A DNA stretch of 64,000 nucleotides, from NCBI GenBank assembly GCA_964551995.1, contig CAZKFD010000011.1, positions 173,036 to 237,035 of the forward strand, in the 5' to 3' direction. Under the pieces are notes generated by a model. That model was not told the origin of the DNA and did no database searches. It saw nothing but the letters and a program-made list of their open reading frames with translations. Position 1 is the first letter of the stretch. Every line of letters begins with the position of its first letter. The translations under genes were made by a program, and so were the position numbers. Below are positions 18,975-28,302 of the stretch, piece after piece. The stretch comes from an uncultured Eubacteriales bacterium (GTDB lineage: Bacteria; Acidobacteriota; Aminicenantia; Aminicenantales; Saccharicenantaceae).

Positions 18975-19126
18975 GGCTCACCTTCCTGCGGGATTTTTAC
19001 CACTATTGGCTCCGGCGATGCAAGCCTGTCCCCCAAGGACGGGACGGCCTTGGATAAGGAGCGGTCAAACCTGAGAGCGCTTGACGGGAATCTGCTGGTT
19101 TGACGCCTTCTTCGTTCTCCGGCGTC

Positions 19127-21183
19127 CTATCTTTTCGTGAGCGCCTGCCGGATCTGTTCCGTTGCCGTCTTGGCCTCGGCGGCGACGGACGGGTCCGACT
19201 CGAGCGACTCGGCCATCCGAAGGCCGGGCTCGCACGGGAAGCGCGGCAGCAGCCCCAGAACGAGCCTCCTTTCCTCGGGCCGTGTGCTCAGTGAGAGCGC
19301 CTGAGCGAGGTCGGCTACGGCGGCTTCGGGCTGCCTGTACGGTTCGAGTCCGACCATGCGGACAAAGGCCCGCAGGGAGAGGACTCTATATGTGAGATTG
19401 TCCGACTTGGCGGCGATGCCGAGGACGTCGTCGCGCGCCGAGACGTCGGGCCACTCGGCCAGGCCCCGCACCGCCGCGTCGACGATTTCCTTGTTCCGGT
19501 CGGCGAGGGCCCTCCGCATCGCCGGGAGGGCCGTGTCGTCTCCGATCTTGCCGAGAATACGGAGGAGGTCGGCCACGTGCCGCGGGTCCTTTTCGCTGGC
19601 GAGCAGGTTCTCGGCGGCTTCGCCGCGGGCAAGCGGTCTCGGGATTGTGAGGGCCAGTGAGGCCACGGCGTTTTGCATCTCTTCCCGAATGGTTTCGTCC
19701 TCGATCGTGAAGAGGAGCGCCAGAAGGCTCCTCAAATCTGCGGGCAAACAGACGTCTCCGAGAGCCCTGACGGCGCGGAGGCGGAGCGATGTCTCCGCCC
19801 CCGACCGGACGATCTCCATGAGCGCCGGCTTCGCGGCCGCGATCCGTCGTGCGTCGGCGGCCTGGATGAGCTCGGCCTTGATTCCGGCGTCGGGTTCCGT
19901 CCCCAGCAGCTCCAGGATCGCGGTATCGACGTCGGACCCTTTGAGCCGCGACAGGGCCACTCGGGCGAGGGCCTGCTCATCGCCCGTCGCCCGGGCGGCC
20001 CGGGACGCCAGCATCGCCACGGCCGTCGCGTTGCCGGCCTTGCCGATCGACCGCAATGCCTCCATCCGGACTTCCGGCGAGGAGCTGTCGGCGGCCTTCA
20101 CGAGCGAGGGGAGGACGATAACCGCCGGGTAGGACGCCAGGGCCGACGCGAGCTCGGCCTGCTGCGGTCCGGGGAGCTTGTCAAGGAACGGGAGCACGGC
20201 CGGGATCTCCGAGGCCTCGAAGACCTCCGGGATCAGTGAGACGGCCGGTGCATAAAGGATAGCGTCGCGCCCGGAGAGGGCGCTTATGATAAGCTTCACC
20301 TGGTCTGTCCTTCCGGCCGCCCGGACCCGCCCGCAGAAGGCGGCTTGGCGGTCGATGGCAGGCAGGGTCGTGGCGAACAGCTGCTCGTAAAGGCCTGCGG
20401 CTTCGTCCTTCTTCCCTTCCTTCAGCCGTTTCTCCGCGCACAGCAGGAGGGCCGAAGCGGCTTCGGCTTTGGGCTGGCCTTGGGCCGCGGCGAGTAAAGC
20501 CTCGAGGCCGCGGACGGCATCGGCCGTCCCGATCTTTCCCAGGGCCTCGACCGCACCGAGGGCGGTTTCAGGATCGCTTCCCTCGGCCAGGCGCCTCAGC
20601 GCCGGAACGGCCGCGGCGCACTCCCGGTCTCCGAGTGTCGAGACGATCCCCCGTCTGATGTCGTCCCTGGCTTTTCCTAGGGCCGACATCAGGGCCCGGT
20701 CGGCCTCGTCCCCGGGGATCTTTTCCAGGGCGTAGCGCGCCGGGTCCGTCGTTTCGGGATTGAGCAGCATCGCCTCGAGCACGGGGACCGACGCCGCGCT
20801 TCCGATGAGGCGCAGGGAGCGGCAGGCGGCTATCACGCCTCCGGGCGCGGGATGGGACCGCAGGAACGTTAGGAGCTTGGCCTCGCATTCCTTACGCGTC
20901 GCGGGGTTGTCCTTGTGCGCCAGGACATAGGCTCTCAGCCTCATGAGCGGGCCCACGCCCCGGTCGTAACGATACGCGGCGAGCTCCTTGAGGATCTGGT
21001 CCAGGGCATCATAGGTGAGGCCCATGGACTGTTTGACCTGCTTCGATTGCTGGGCCGAAGGCGCAGCCGGCGCGCCCGCGCCGCCCCCAGCCTGCGCGAG
21101 GAGGGGCAGACCCAGGAGGACGGCGATGGTGAAACAGGCGATTTTCCGCATCGGGCCATGATTCCTATGCCATGTTTTTCTCA
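19127..21183 (-). CDS. secreted HEAT/PBS-lyase repeat protein
   Basis: The internal start MRKTWHRNHGPMRKIACFTIAVLLGLPLLAQA follows a GGAGGA RBS 13 nt after the upstream stop. The product has many HEAT-like repeats and no CxxCH motif. Confidence 0.7.
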
Positions 21184-21195
21184 TCGGGGTCCTCC

Positions 21196-22542
21196 TCACT
21201 CGGGAAGCAGCCATGGCTTGCGGTACGCGTGGCTGAGAAGCCGTTCGGCCTCGGAGTCGTCGATGGTGGTTTCGGCTAGGGGATCCCAGCGGATCTTCCT
21301 CCCGACCTCCATGGCGATGACGCCGAGGTGGCCGACGCTGGCCGAGCGGTGGGCGGTCTCCGCCGGGGCGATGGTCAGGGCCCGGCTGCGGACGCAGTCG
21401 AGGAAGTTCTGCCAATGGTCCCGGCTTCTGTAAAGGCGGATGTCGCCGGGACCGACCGTCTCGCGCTTGAGGCTCTCCGGCTCCGTCTCGAACTGGCCGC
21501 GGTCAACCCAGATCCAGCCGTACTCGCCGATCCACTTCGTGCCGCTCCAGATCTCCTCGTATCCTCCGGCGATGATCATGGGCGTTCCGTCGGCATATTT
21601 GGCCTTCAGGTAATAGCGGGTCGGGCTGTTGTAGATGCCGCCCGTCGGAAACTCGCCCGTGCCTTCCATTTCCACCGGGCCGGTCGCGTCCCATCCCATG
21701 CCCCAGTGGGCGATGTCGACGTGATGGCCGACCCAGTCCATGAGCTGGCCGCCGCCGAAATCCATGTTCCAGCGCCAGTTCATGTGAACGCGGGCCTTGC
21801 AGTAGGGCCACCACGGCGCCGGGCCGATCCAGAAGTTATAGTCGAGGTTCGGCGGCGGGGGGACGAGCGCCTCCTGACCGAAGGTCCCGGCGAAATCGTA
21901 GTGGCCGGAGGGGAGCCCAACCTCGATCTTATTGATCTTCCCGATGCGGCCGTTGCGGACGAGCTCGGCGGCCTGGTGGAAATTCTCGACGGAGCGCTGC
22001 CAGGAGCCCGTCTGCCAGACACGGCCGTAGCGCTTCACAGCTTCGCACAGGGCGCGCCCCTCCCTCAGGTTGTGTGTCAGGGGCTTCTCGCCGTAGACGT
22101 CCAGTCCGGCACGCAGGGCGGAGATGGCCAGGATAGCGTGCCAATGGTCGGGAACTGCGAGCGACACGACGTCGAGGTCCTGGCGCTGGAAGAGCTCCCG
22201 GAAGTCGTGATAGGTCGCGCAGGCCGTGTTGCCGTACTTCTTGTTGACCGTGTCACGGGCCTCGGCCAGATGCTCGGCGTCGAGGTCGCAGACGGCGACC
22301 CACTGGACCTCGGGCTTTTCGAGGAAGCTCTGCATGTTGCCGGGGCCCATCATGCCGAAGCCGACGCCGGCCATGACGATGCGGTCGGAGGGAGCGACGG
22401 CGCCGCCCTTGCCGAGGGCCGCGGCCTTGACGATCGTCGGGAAGCCCAGGGCTCCCGCCGCCGCTGCCGCCGCGGCGCCGCCCCCGATCGCAGCGGTGCG
22501 GAGGAATTGCCTGCGGTTCATTTTGGCGCGCTTTTCACTCAT
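21196..22542 (-). CDS. TAT-exported Gfo/Idh/MocA family oxidoreductase
   Basis: The TAT signal is MNRRQFLRTAAIGGGAAAAAAAGALG. It has an NAD-binding fold. Confidence 0.85.
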   Translation of the reverse strand: MSEKRAKMNRRQFLRTAAIGGGAAAAAAAGALGFPTIVKAAALGKGGAVAPSDRIVMAGVGFGMMGPGNMQSFLEKPEVQWVAVCDLDAEHLAEARDTVNKKYGNTACATYHDFRELFQRQDLDVVSLAVPDHWHAILAISALRAGLDVYGEKPLTHNLREGRALCEAVKRYGRVWQTGSWQRSVENFHQAAELVRNGRIGKINKIEVGLPSGHYDFAGTFGQEALVPPPPNLDYNFWIGPAPWWPYCKARVHMNWRWNMDFGGGQLMDWVGHHVDIAHWGMGWDATGPVEMEGTGEFPTGGIYNSPTRYYLKAKYADGTPMIIAGGYEEIWSGTKWIGEYGWIWVDRGQFETEPESLKRETVGPGDIRLYRSRDHWQNFLDCVRSRALTIAPAETAHRSASVGHLGVIAMEVGRKIRWDPLAETTIDDSEAERLLSHAYRKPWLLPE

Positions 22543-22559
22543 CCTTCACTCCTCTCTTC

Positions 22560-23435
22560 TTATTGATGCATCTTCCCGCCGCCGCCGGCGTAGACGAGCT
22601 GACCAGTCAGCCAGCGGGCCTGCTCGGAAGCCAGAAAGACGACCACGTCGGCAATGTCCTCAGGCCGGCCGACCCGGCCCAGAGGGGTCCGGGCGCCGAT
22701 ATCCTTTTCCTCGCGGGGCGTGAGCCAGCCGGTCTGGACCGGACCTGGCGCGACGATGTTGACCGTGATGCCGTACCTGCCGAGCTCGGCGGCCGCCGAC
22801 CGGCTATAAGACTCGAGCGCGTGCTTGGCGGCGGCGTAGCTCACGGCGCCCGGGTGCGAATCGGCCGCGTCCGTCGAAATATTGACGACCCGCCCCGACT
22901 TCGCCCCCCGTGCGAGATAACGCCGGACATACTCGACCATCAGCAGGGCCGAGGCGCGCGCGATGACGGTGTAGTGGTCGTCCATGGTGGCCGCGTCCGC
23001 CAGCCGCATGCCGTAGCCCTCGCCCGCCACGAGCGCCGGGTCGAAGGTCTCGGGGACCCAGTGGGCGTGGTTGTTGACGAGGATATCCACCGGACCGAGC
23101 CGCTTCTCGCAGAGGTCGAAGAGGGCGGAGGTGCTGACGGGGTCGGTGAGGTCGGCTTCGAGACAAGCGGCGCGGCCTCCTCCGGCCTGGATCGCCCGGA
23201 CGATCGCTTCCGGCGGCTCTTGGCCGACGGCCTCGTAGAACGCGGGCCCTCCGGTTCCGTCGCGGCGCGCCCGATCCCGTTCGGCCTCGCTTACGGCCGA
23301 AGGGCGTCGGAACGAGCTGATGAACACGGCCGCGCCCTGGGCGGCGAAAGCCCGCGCCGCGGCCGCGCCGATCCCGAGCGGGTTGTTGGCTCCCGTGATG
23401 AGGGCGACCTTGCCGCCGAGTTTCGTGTCGATCAT
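22560..23435 (-). CDS. SDR family short-chain dehydrogenase/reductase
   Basis: The start MIDTKLGGKVALITGANNPLGIG carries the TGxxxGIG motif. YAAAKHAL is the YxxxK motif. A GAGGGAGAG RBS precedes it. Confidence 0.85.
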   Translation of the reverse strand: MIDTKLGGKVALITGANNPLGIGAAAARAFAAQGAAVFISSFRRPSAVSEAERDRARRDGTGGPAFYEAVGQEPPEAIVRAIQAGGGRAACLEADLTDPVSTSALFDLCEKRLGPVDILVNNHAHWVPETFDPALVAGEGYGMRLADAATMDDHYTVIARASALLMVEYVRRYLARGAKSGRVVNISTDAADSHPGAVSYAAAKHALESYSRSAAAELGRYGITVNIVAPGPVQTGWLTPREEKDIGARTPLGRVGRPEDIADVVVFLASEQARWLTGQLVYAGGGGKMHQ

Positions 23436-23451
23436 GCCGGTACTCTCTCCC

Positions 23452-24747
23452 TCAAATGAGCGGTGTTTTGCCGGGGACGGCCACCGGGTCGACGGCATGC
23501 GGGCCGAATTCGTACCTGACGGGCGAGAGGTCGAGTTTCGAGGCCTTCATGGCCCAGTCCCAGGATATCGCCTGTCCCGTATAGGCGCTCATCCGGCCCA
23601 TGATCGCGCAGAGCGTGCTCTCGGCCACCCGCCGCCCTTCGTTGAGCGGCTTTCCCGCGCGGATGGCGGCGATCAGGTCGGCGTGCTCCTGGACATAAGG
23701 GTTGACTTCGTCCCCCTCGAATTTCCAGGCGTTCGGCCCGAGGATCTCGCCGTAGCCAAAGGCCGAGCCTTTCGTCCCGACGATGCGCTCCTCGATTCGG
23801 TCGCTGCAGCCGGCGGTCTGGCGGCACATGCTCAGGACGCGGGCGCCGTTCGGGTACTCGAGCTCGACGGCGAAGTGGTCGAAGATGTTGCCGTATTCGG
23901 GCCCCGTCCGGACTTGGCGGCCGCCCATGCCCATGACCTTGACCGGCGTCGCCCGGAAGGCCCAGTTCATGACGTCGATGTTGTGGACGTGCTGCTCGAC
24001 GATGTGGTCTCCCGAGAGCCAGGTGAAGTAGATCCAGTTCCGGCATTGCCATTCCATGTCGCTCATCTGCGGCTCTCTCTTGACGACCCAAAGCTCCCCC
24101 TGGTTCCAGTAGCACTGCCCGCCGACGACCTCGCCGATGGCGCCGTCGTGGATGCGTTTCATGACTTCGAGGTAGCGCGCCTGGTGCCGCCTCTGAGTGC
24201 CGGCGACGACCGCCAGCCGCTTCTCCGTGGCCAGGACGGAGGAAGTGATGACCGAGCGGACGCCCACAGGATCGACGGCCACGGGCTTTTCCATGAAGAC
24301 GTGTTTCCCCGCCTCGATCGCGGCCCGAAAATGGATCGGCCGGAACCCAGGCGGGGCGGCCATGATGATGAGGTTCGCCTCGGGGAGCGCGCAGGCCTTC
24401 TTGTAGGCGTCAAAGCCCGGGAAGCACCTTTCCAGCCTGACCTTGACCTTGTCCGCGTGCTTTTCCCGGAGTTTGGCCAGGGAGCTTTGGATTCGTTCGG
24501 CGAACAGGTCAGCCATGGCCACGACCTCGACGCCCGGGGCGGCGTCCATGCAGTCGATGGCCGCCCCCGTGCCCCGCCCGCCGCAGCCGATGACGGCGAC
24601 GCGGATCGCCTCCGAACCGGCGGCGTAGAGCCCGAGGCCCGCGGGAATGGCCGCGGCGAGAGAGGCCGCGGCCGAGGTCTTGATGAAATCCCGACGCGTG
24701 ATGCCCGTGCCGTTGCCGCCGCCGGTGTTTCCGCTCGCTTTGACCAT
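23452..24747 (-). CDS. TAT-exported Gfo/Idh/MocA family oxidoreductase
   Basis: The start MVKASGNTGGGNGTGITRRDFIKTSAAASLAAA follows a GGGAGGG RBS. The Rossmann motif is VAVIGCGGRGTG. Confidence 0.85.
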   Translation of the reverse strand: MVKASGNTGGGNGTGITRRDFIKTSAAASLAAAIPAGLGLYAAGSEAIRVAVIGCGGRGTGAAIDCMDAAPGVEVVAMADLFAERIQSSLAKLREKHADKVKVRLERCFPGFDAYKKACALPEANLIIMAAPPGFRPIHFRAAIEAGKHVFMEKPVAVDPVGVRSVITSSVLATEKRLAVVAGTQRRHQARYLEVMKRIHDGAIGEVVGGQCYWNQGELWVVKREPQMSDMEWQCRNWIYFTWLSGDHIVEQHVHNIDVMNWAFRATPVKVMGMGGRQVRTGPEYGNIFDHFAVELEYPNGARVLSMCRQTAGCSDRIEERIVGTKGSAFGYGEILGPNAWKFEGDEVNPYVQEHADLIAAIRAGKPLNEGRRVAESTLCAIMGRMSAYTGQAISWDWAMKASKLDLSPVRYEFGPHAVDPVAVPGKTPLI

Positions 24748-24843
24748 GTCCTTCACTGTCGCCCTCCCGGAGAAAATCTCTGGCCGGGTTCGACCGGCGC
24801 AGGCTGGCAGCATGCAGCCGCCCGCCAGGCCGGCCCGGTCCTG

Positions 24844-25776
24844 TCAATAAGAACCGGCGGCGCGGTAGGCGTCGATCACGGCCTCCTCGCCCGCCTTGCC
24901 CTTGAGGCTTTTCCCGTGCTCCATGCACAGGACGCCCTGGTAGCCCTTCTCGTGAATGCACTTGAAGATGTTCTTGAAATCGAGCTCGCCCGTCCCCGGC
25001 TCCATCCGGCCCGGCGTGTCCCCGAGATGGAAGGCGGCAATCTCGTCCCAGCTGGCGTCGATGTTGGGGATGATGTTGCCTTCAGTGATCTGCTGGTGGT
25101 AGATGTCGTCGACGATCTTGCAGCACGGACTGCCCACGGCCCGGCAGATCTGGTAGGCCTGGGACATCTTCGTAAGGAAAAGCCCCGGGTGGTTCTTGGG
25201 ATTGAGGGGCTCGATGACGATGGCCAGCCCGGACGGCTCGACGACGCCCGCGCACCACTTGAGGTTCTCGATGACGTTGGCCGTCTGGTAGCCCCAGTCG
25301 AGGCTTTCGTCGTAGCGGCCGGGCACGACCAAGGTCCACTTCCCGTTGACGCGCTTGGCCGTCTCGACGGCTGCCCTGAGCTTCGCCGTCGCCGTATCGC
25401 GAACGGCCTTGTCCGCAGTTACGAATGTCTTGACGCGGAAATCCGCGTAAGCGACGAACGGACCGACAGTGAGGCCGAGACGCGCCGCCTCCCGGCCGAT
25501 GGCCTCCTGCTCCGGGACGGGCCGGTCCATGAAGCCGTTGTCGAACATGGCCTGGAACCCCCGGTCGGCCATAAACCTGAGCTGGTCGAGCGGGCCCTTT
25601 CCGGCGCTCTCTTCGAACATCCCGAACGGCGGGGCGAATTTGAGCTTGAACGGTTGCGCGCTCTTGCCGGCCCCCGCGGCCTGCCCCTTCAGCCCCGGGG
25701 CGGCGACGGACAGCACGGCTGCGCCCAGGGCGGCGTTCTTCAGGAATTCGCGGCGTGACGGCGGGATCTTTTTCAT
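24844..25776 (-). CDS. TAT-exported sugar phosphate isomerase/epimerase (xylose isomerase-like TIM barrel; hydroxypyruvate isomerase-like)
   Basis: The start is MKKIPPSRREFLKNAALGAAVLSVAAPG. A GGAGGAAGGAGG RBS precedes it. Confidence 0.8.
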   Translation of the reverse strand: MKKIPPSRREFLKNAALGAAVLSVAAPGLKGQAAGAGKSAQPFKLKFAPPFGMFEESAGKGPLDQLRFMADRGFQAMFDNGFMDRPVPEQEAIGREAARLGLTVGPFVAYADFRVKTFVTADKAVRDTATAKLRAAVETAKRVNGKWTLVVPGRYDESLDWGYQTANVIENLKWCAGVVEPSGLAIVIEPLNPKNHPGLFLTKMSQAYQICRAVGSPCCKIVDDIYHQQITEGNIIPNIDASWDEIAAFHLGDTPGRMEPGTGELDFKNIFKCIHEKGYQGVLCMEHGKSLKGKAGEEAVIDAYRAAGSY

Positions 25777-26152
25777 GCCGGACCTCCTTCCTCCATGCCA
25801 CGAATTCTAATAAATATCCCGGGGACATTCAATATGAGAGGCGGGAGGGGAGACGCTCATGGCGTTGGACGATGTCAACTGATTCCAATATAACCAGATG
25901 GCCGGCGTCAGAAACTTGGCGATGAAGTCGGGCCCCCGGTGCGGTCGGTCCGGGTCCCTTTCCGGGCGGAATCGTCTAGCTCACTCAGACTGGTCTCGAT
26001 AGCCGGCCCAGAAGCTCAAGGAGCTCGTCGGGTGCGCTCCCGAAAACGCGCCCTTCCGGGGATGATCGTTCATTGACTTGTCCGCGGGCGGCGTCATACA
26101 ATCCCCGGCGCGACGAACGGACGGGCACGGCTGGAGGAGCGACCGCAAGATC

Positions 26153-26660
26153 ATGGACATCATGGTGCGCGAGATGACCGCCGCCGACTGGCCCTCCGTG
26201 GCTGCCATTTACCGGGCCGGCATCGCCACGGGCCATGCGACTTTCGAAGCCGGGCCTCCAGCATCTTGGGAAGATTTCCGCGCCCGCAAGATCCAGGGGT
26301 GCAGCCTCGTCGGCTCGACAGGAAAAGCGGAGGTGGCGGGATGGGCTGCGCTCAGCCCCGTATCCGACCGCTGTGTCTACGGGGGCGTCGCCGAAGTGAG
26401 CCTCTACGTCGACTCGGATCCGGGCGGGAAGGACGTCAGGACGGCGCCCGGCGGATGGGGGGGGCGGGGAGGCGACGAGATATTTAGAAATGGACGGGCC
26501 AGCGTACACACGAAGACATCAGCGGGTCCCACACGAGGCGTGCCGAGATCTTCAGGCGCTCTCCGCTCGACGCCCGGGCCTGGGCATCGGCATGAGCGCA
26601 TCGTCATATCACGGAGGCAGACAGACAAGGAGGTTCCATGTCGAGATTATCGAGACCTGT
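26153..26660 (+). pseudogene. GNAT family N-acetyltransferase (PAT/MnaT-like) remnant, apparently frameshifted
   Basis: The N-terminal half MDIMVREMTAADWPSVAAIYRAGIATGHATFEAGPP..VAEVSLYVDSD matches phosphinothricin-acetyltransferase-like GNATs. After a G8 homopolymer (about 26452-26462) no frame keeps the expected motifs. The open frame instead runs on into low-complexity sequence. Confidence 0.4.
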
Positions 26661-28221
26661 CGTAGTCAAGCTGCTGACGGTCGTCGTTGTTCTGGCTCTC
26701 GCGCTCTTGGCCCGCACGCAGGGCCTTGAGGATCTCATACGCGTCGGCGCCGGCCGCTCGGCCGCCGTGACGTCGGCCGACCCCAACCCGCTGAGCAACG
26801 CCGACCGCATCAAGATTGTCGCACCCGGCGAAACCCGGGTCCTGGCCGACATCAAAGGCCCGGGAGTCATCCGCCATATCTGGCTGACGTTCAACGAGGC
26901 CCGGCCCAACTGGCTCGAGGCCGCCGGGTCGGCCCGCCCCGACGAGATCGTCCTCCGCATGTACTGGGACGACGCCCGCGAGCCGTCGGTCGAGGCGCCG
27001 ATCGGAGACTTCTTCGGGGCCGGCTTCGGCCTGCGCCGCGAGCTCAAATCCATACCTGTCGAGGTCGAGGGCGGCGACGCCTACAACTGCTTTTGGCTCA
27101 TGCCCTTCTTCAGGCGTGCCGTCATCACCATCACCAACGAGAGCCCGGCCAAGAACGTCCGAAGCTTCTACTACCACATCGATTACACGCGGGAGGCCGC
27201 GCTTCCCGAGAAGACGGCCTACTTCTGCGCCCAGTACAGGAACGAGTTCCCCGAAAAGACCGGACGAGATTACCTCATCCTGGACGCGGAGGGGGAAGGC
27301 CAGTACGTCGGCACCGTGATGTCGATCCGCTCGCGAAGCCCGTTCTGGTTCGGCGAAGGGGACCCAAAATTCTACGTCGATGGCGACGCCAAGCCGACCA
27401 TCCAGGGCACCGGCACCGAGGACTATTTCCTGATGGCCTGGGGGCTCGAGGAGAAGCAGTTCCCGTACTTCGGCTGCACCTACATGAGCTCCGGCTTCGA
27501 GGACCTGGGAACGGAGTACGGCCTGTACCGCTGGCACGTCATGGACCCCGTGCGCTTCACCAAGAGTCTCCGCTTCGAGATCGAGCACACGGGCTGGATG
27601 AGCGCCGACGAGACCGAGAGCGGCAAGGTCGAAGGCAACGTTGAACGCGAGGATGACATGGCCACCGTCGCCTTCTGGTACCAGGTCGGACAGCCGAAGC
27701 GGTTCACGACGCTGCCGCCGCTCGCCGCGCGCCTCCTGCCGAACCTCGACATCGTCATCGAGGGACAGGCGCTGATCGCCACGGCCAAGCACACTCCGGG
27801 GGTTCTCGAGCTCCAGAAGGGCTACGACTGGACGGGCGACGGCCAGCTTCTTTTCATGCCCGCCAGCGAGGGTCCGGAGATCGAAGTCGAGTTCAAGGTC
27901 GGAAAGGAAGAATACCGCGGCCTCGTCCTGCGCTTCACCTATGCCGACGACTACGGCATCTACCGCGTTGACCTTGACGGAAAGAACGTCCGCCAGCCGC
28001 CCGACGACATGACCGGCGAGAAGATCCAGGAGTACGATTTCTATTCGAAGGACCTCGAGGTCAAGGACCAGTATCTGGGAAGTTTCAAGCTAGCGCCCGG
28101 AACCCACACACTGCGGCTCGAGTGCCGAGGCAAGAATGTCCTCTCCCACGGGTACAATGTGGGCCTGGACTCGATCCGGCTGCGGGGGCGCTGGGCCAAG
28201 AAGCGCAAGCTGCTGGGCTAG
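26638..28221 (+). CDS. secreted DUF2961 / glycoside hydrolase family 172-like protein
   Basis: The product has a signal peptide and the GTGTEDYF and WFGEGDPKFYVDGD motifs. An AAGGAGG RBS lies 5 nt upstream. Confidence 0.75.
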   Translation: MSRLSRPVVVKLLTVVVVLALALLARTQGLEDLIRVGAGRSAAVTSADPNPLSNADRIKIVAPGETRVLADIKGPGVIRHIWLTFNEARPNWLEAAGSARPDEIVLRMYWDDAREPSVEAPIGDFFGAGFGLRRELKSIPVEVEGGDAYNCFWLMPFFRRAVITITNESPAKNVRSFYYHIDYTREAALPEKTAYFCAQYRNEFPEKTGRDYLILDAEGEGQYVGTVMSIRSRSPFWFGEGDPKFYVDGDAKPTIQGTGTEDYFLMAWGLEEKQFPYFGCTYMSSGFEDLGTEYGLYRWHVMDPVRFTKSLRFEIEHTGWMSADETESGKVEGNVEREDDMATVAFWYQVGQPKRFTTLPPLAARLLPNLDIVIEGQALIATAKHTPGVLELQKGYDWTGDGQLLFMPASEGPEIEVEFKVGKEEYRGLVLRFTYADDYGIYRVDLDGKNVRQPPDDMTGEKIQEYDFYSKDLEVKDQYLGSFKLAPGTHTLRLECRGKNVLSHGYNVGLDSIRLRGRWAKKRKLLG

Positions 28222-28302
28222 AGACTGCCGGGGCTCGGGTGTGGGGAACCGCCGACCTAAGAAGGGCCCGGCCTCGGCTTTTCAAGGGGGGCCCGTCCGC
28301 AG

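Noticed and set aside
23320-25758. 812-aa plus-strand ORF
   Set aside because: It is antisense to the Gfo/Idh/MocA and TIM-barrel genes, which have strong motifs and RBSs on the minus strand.
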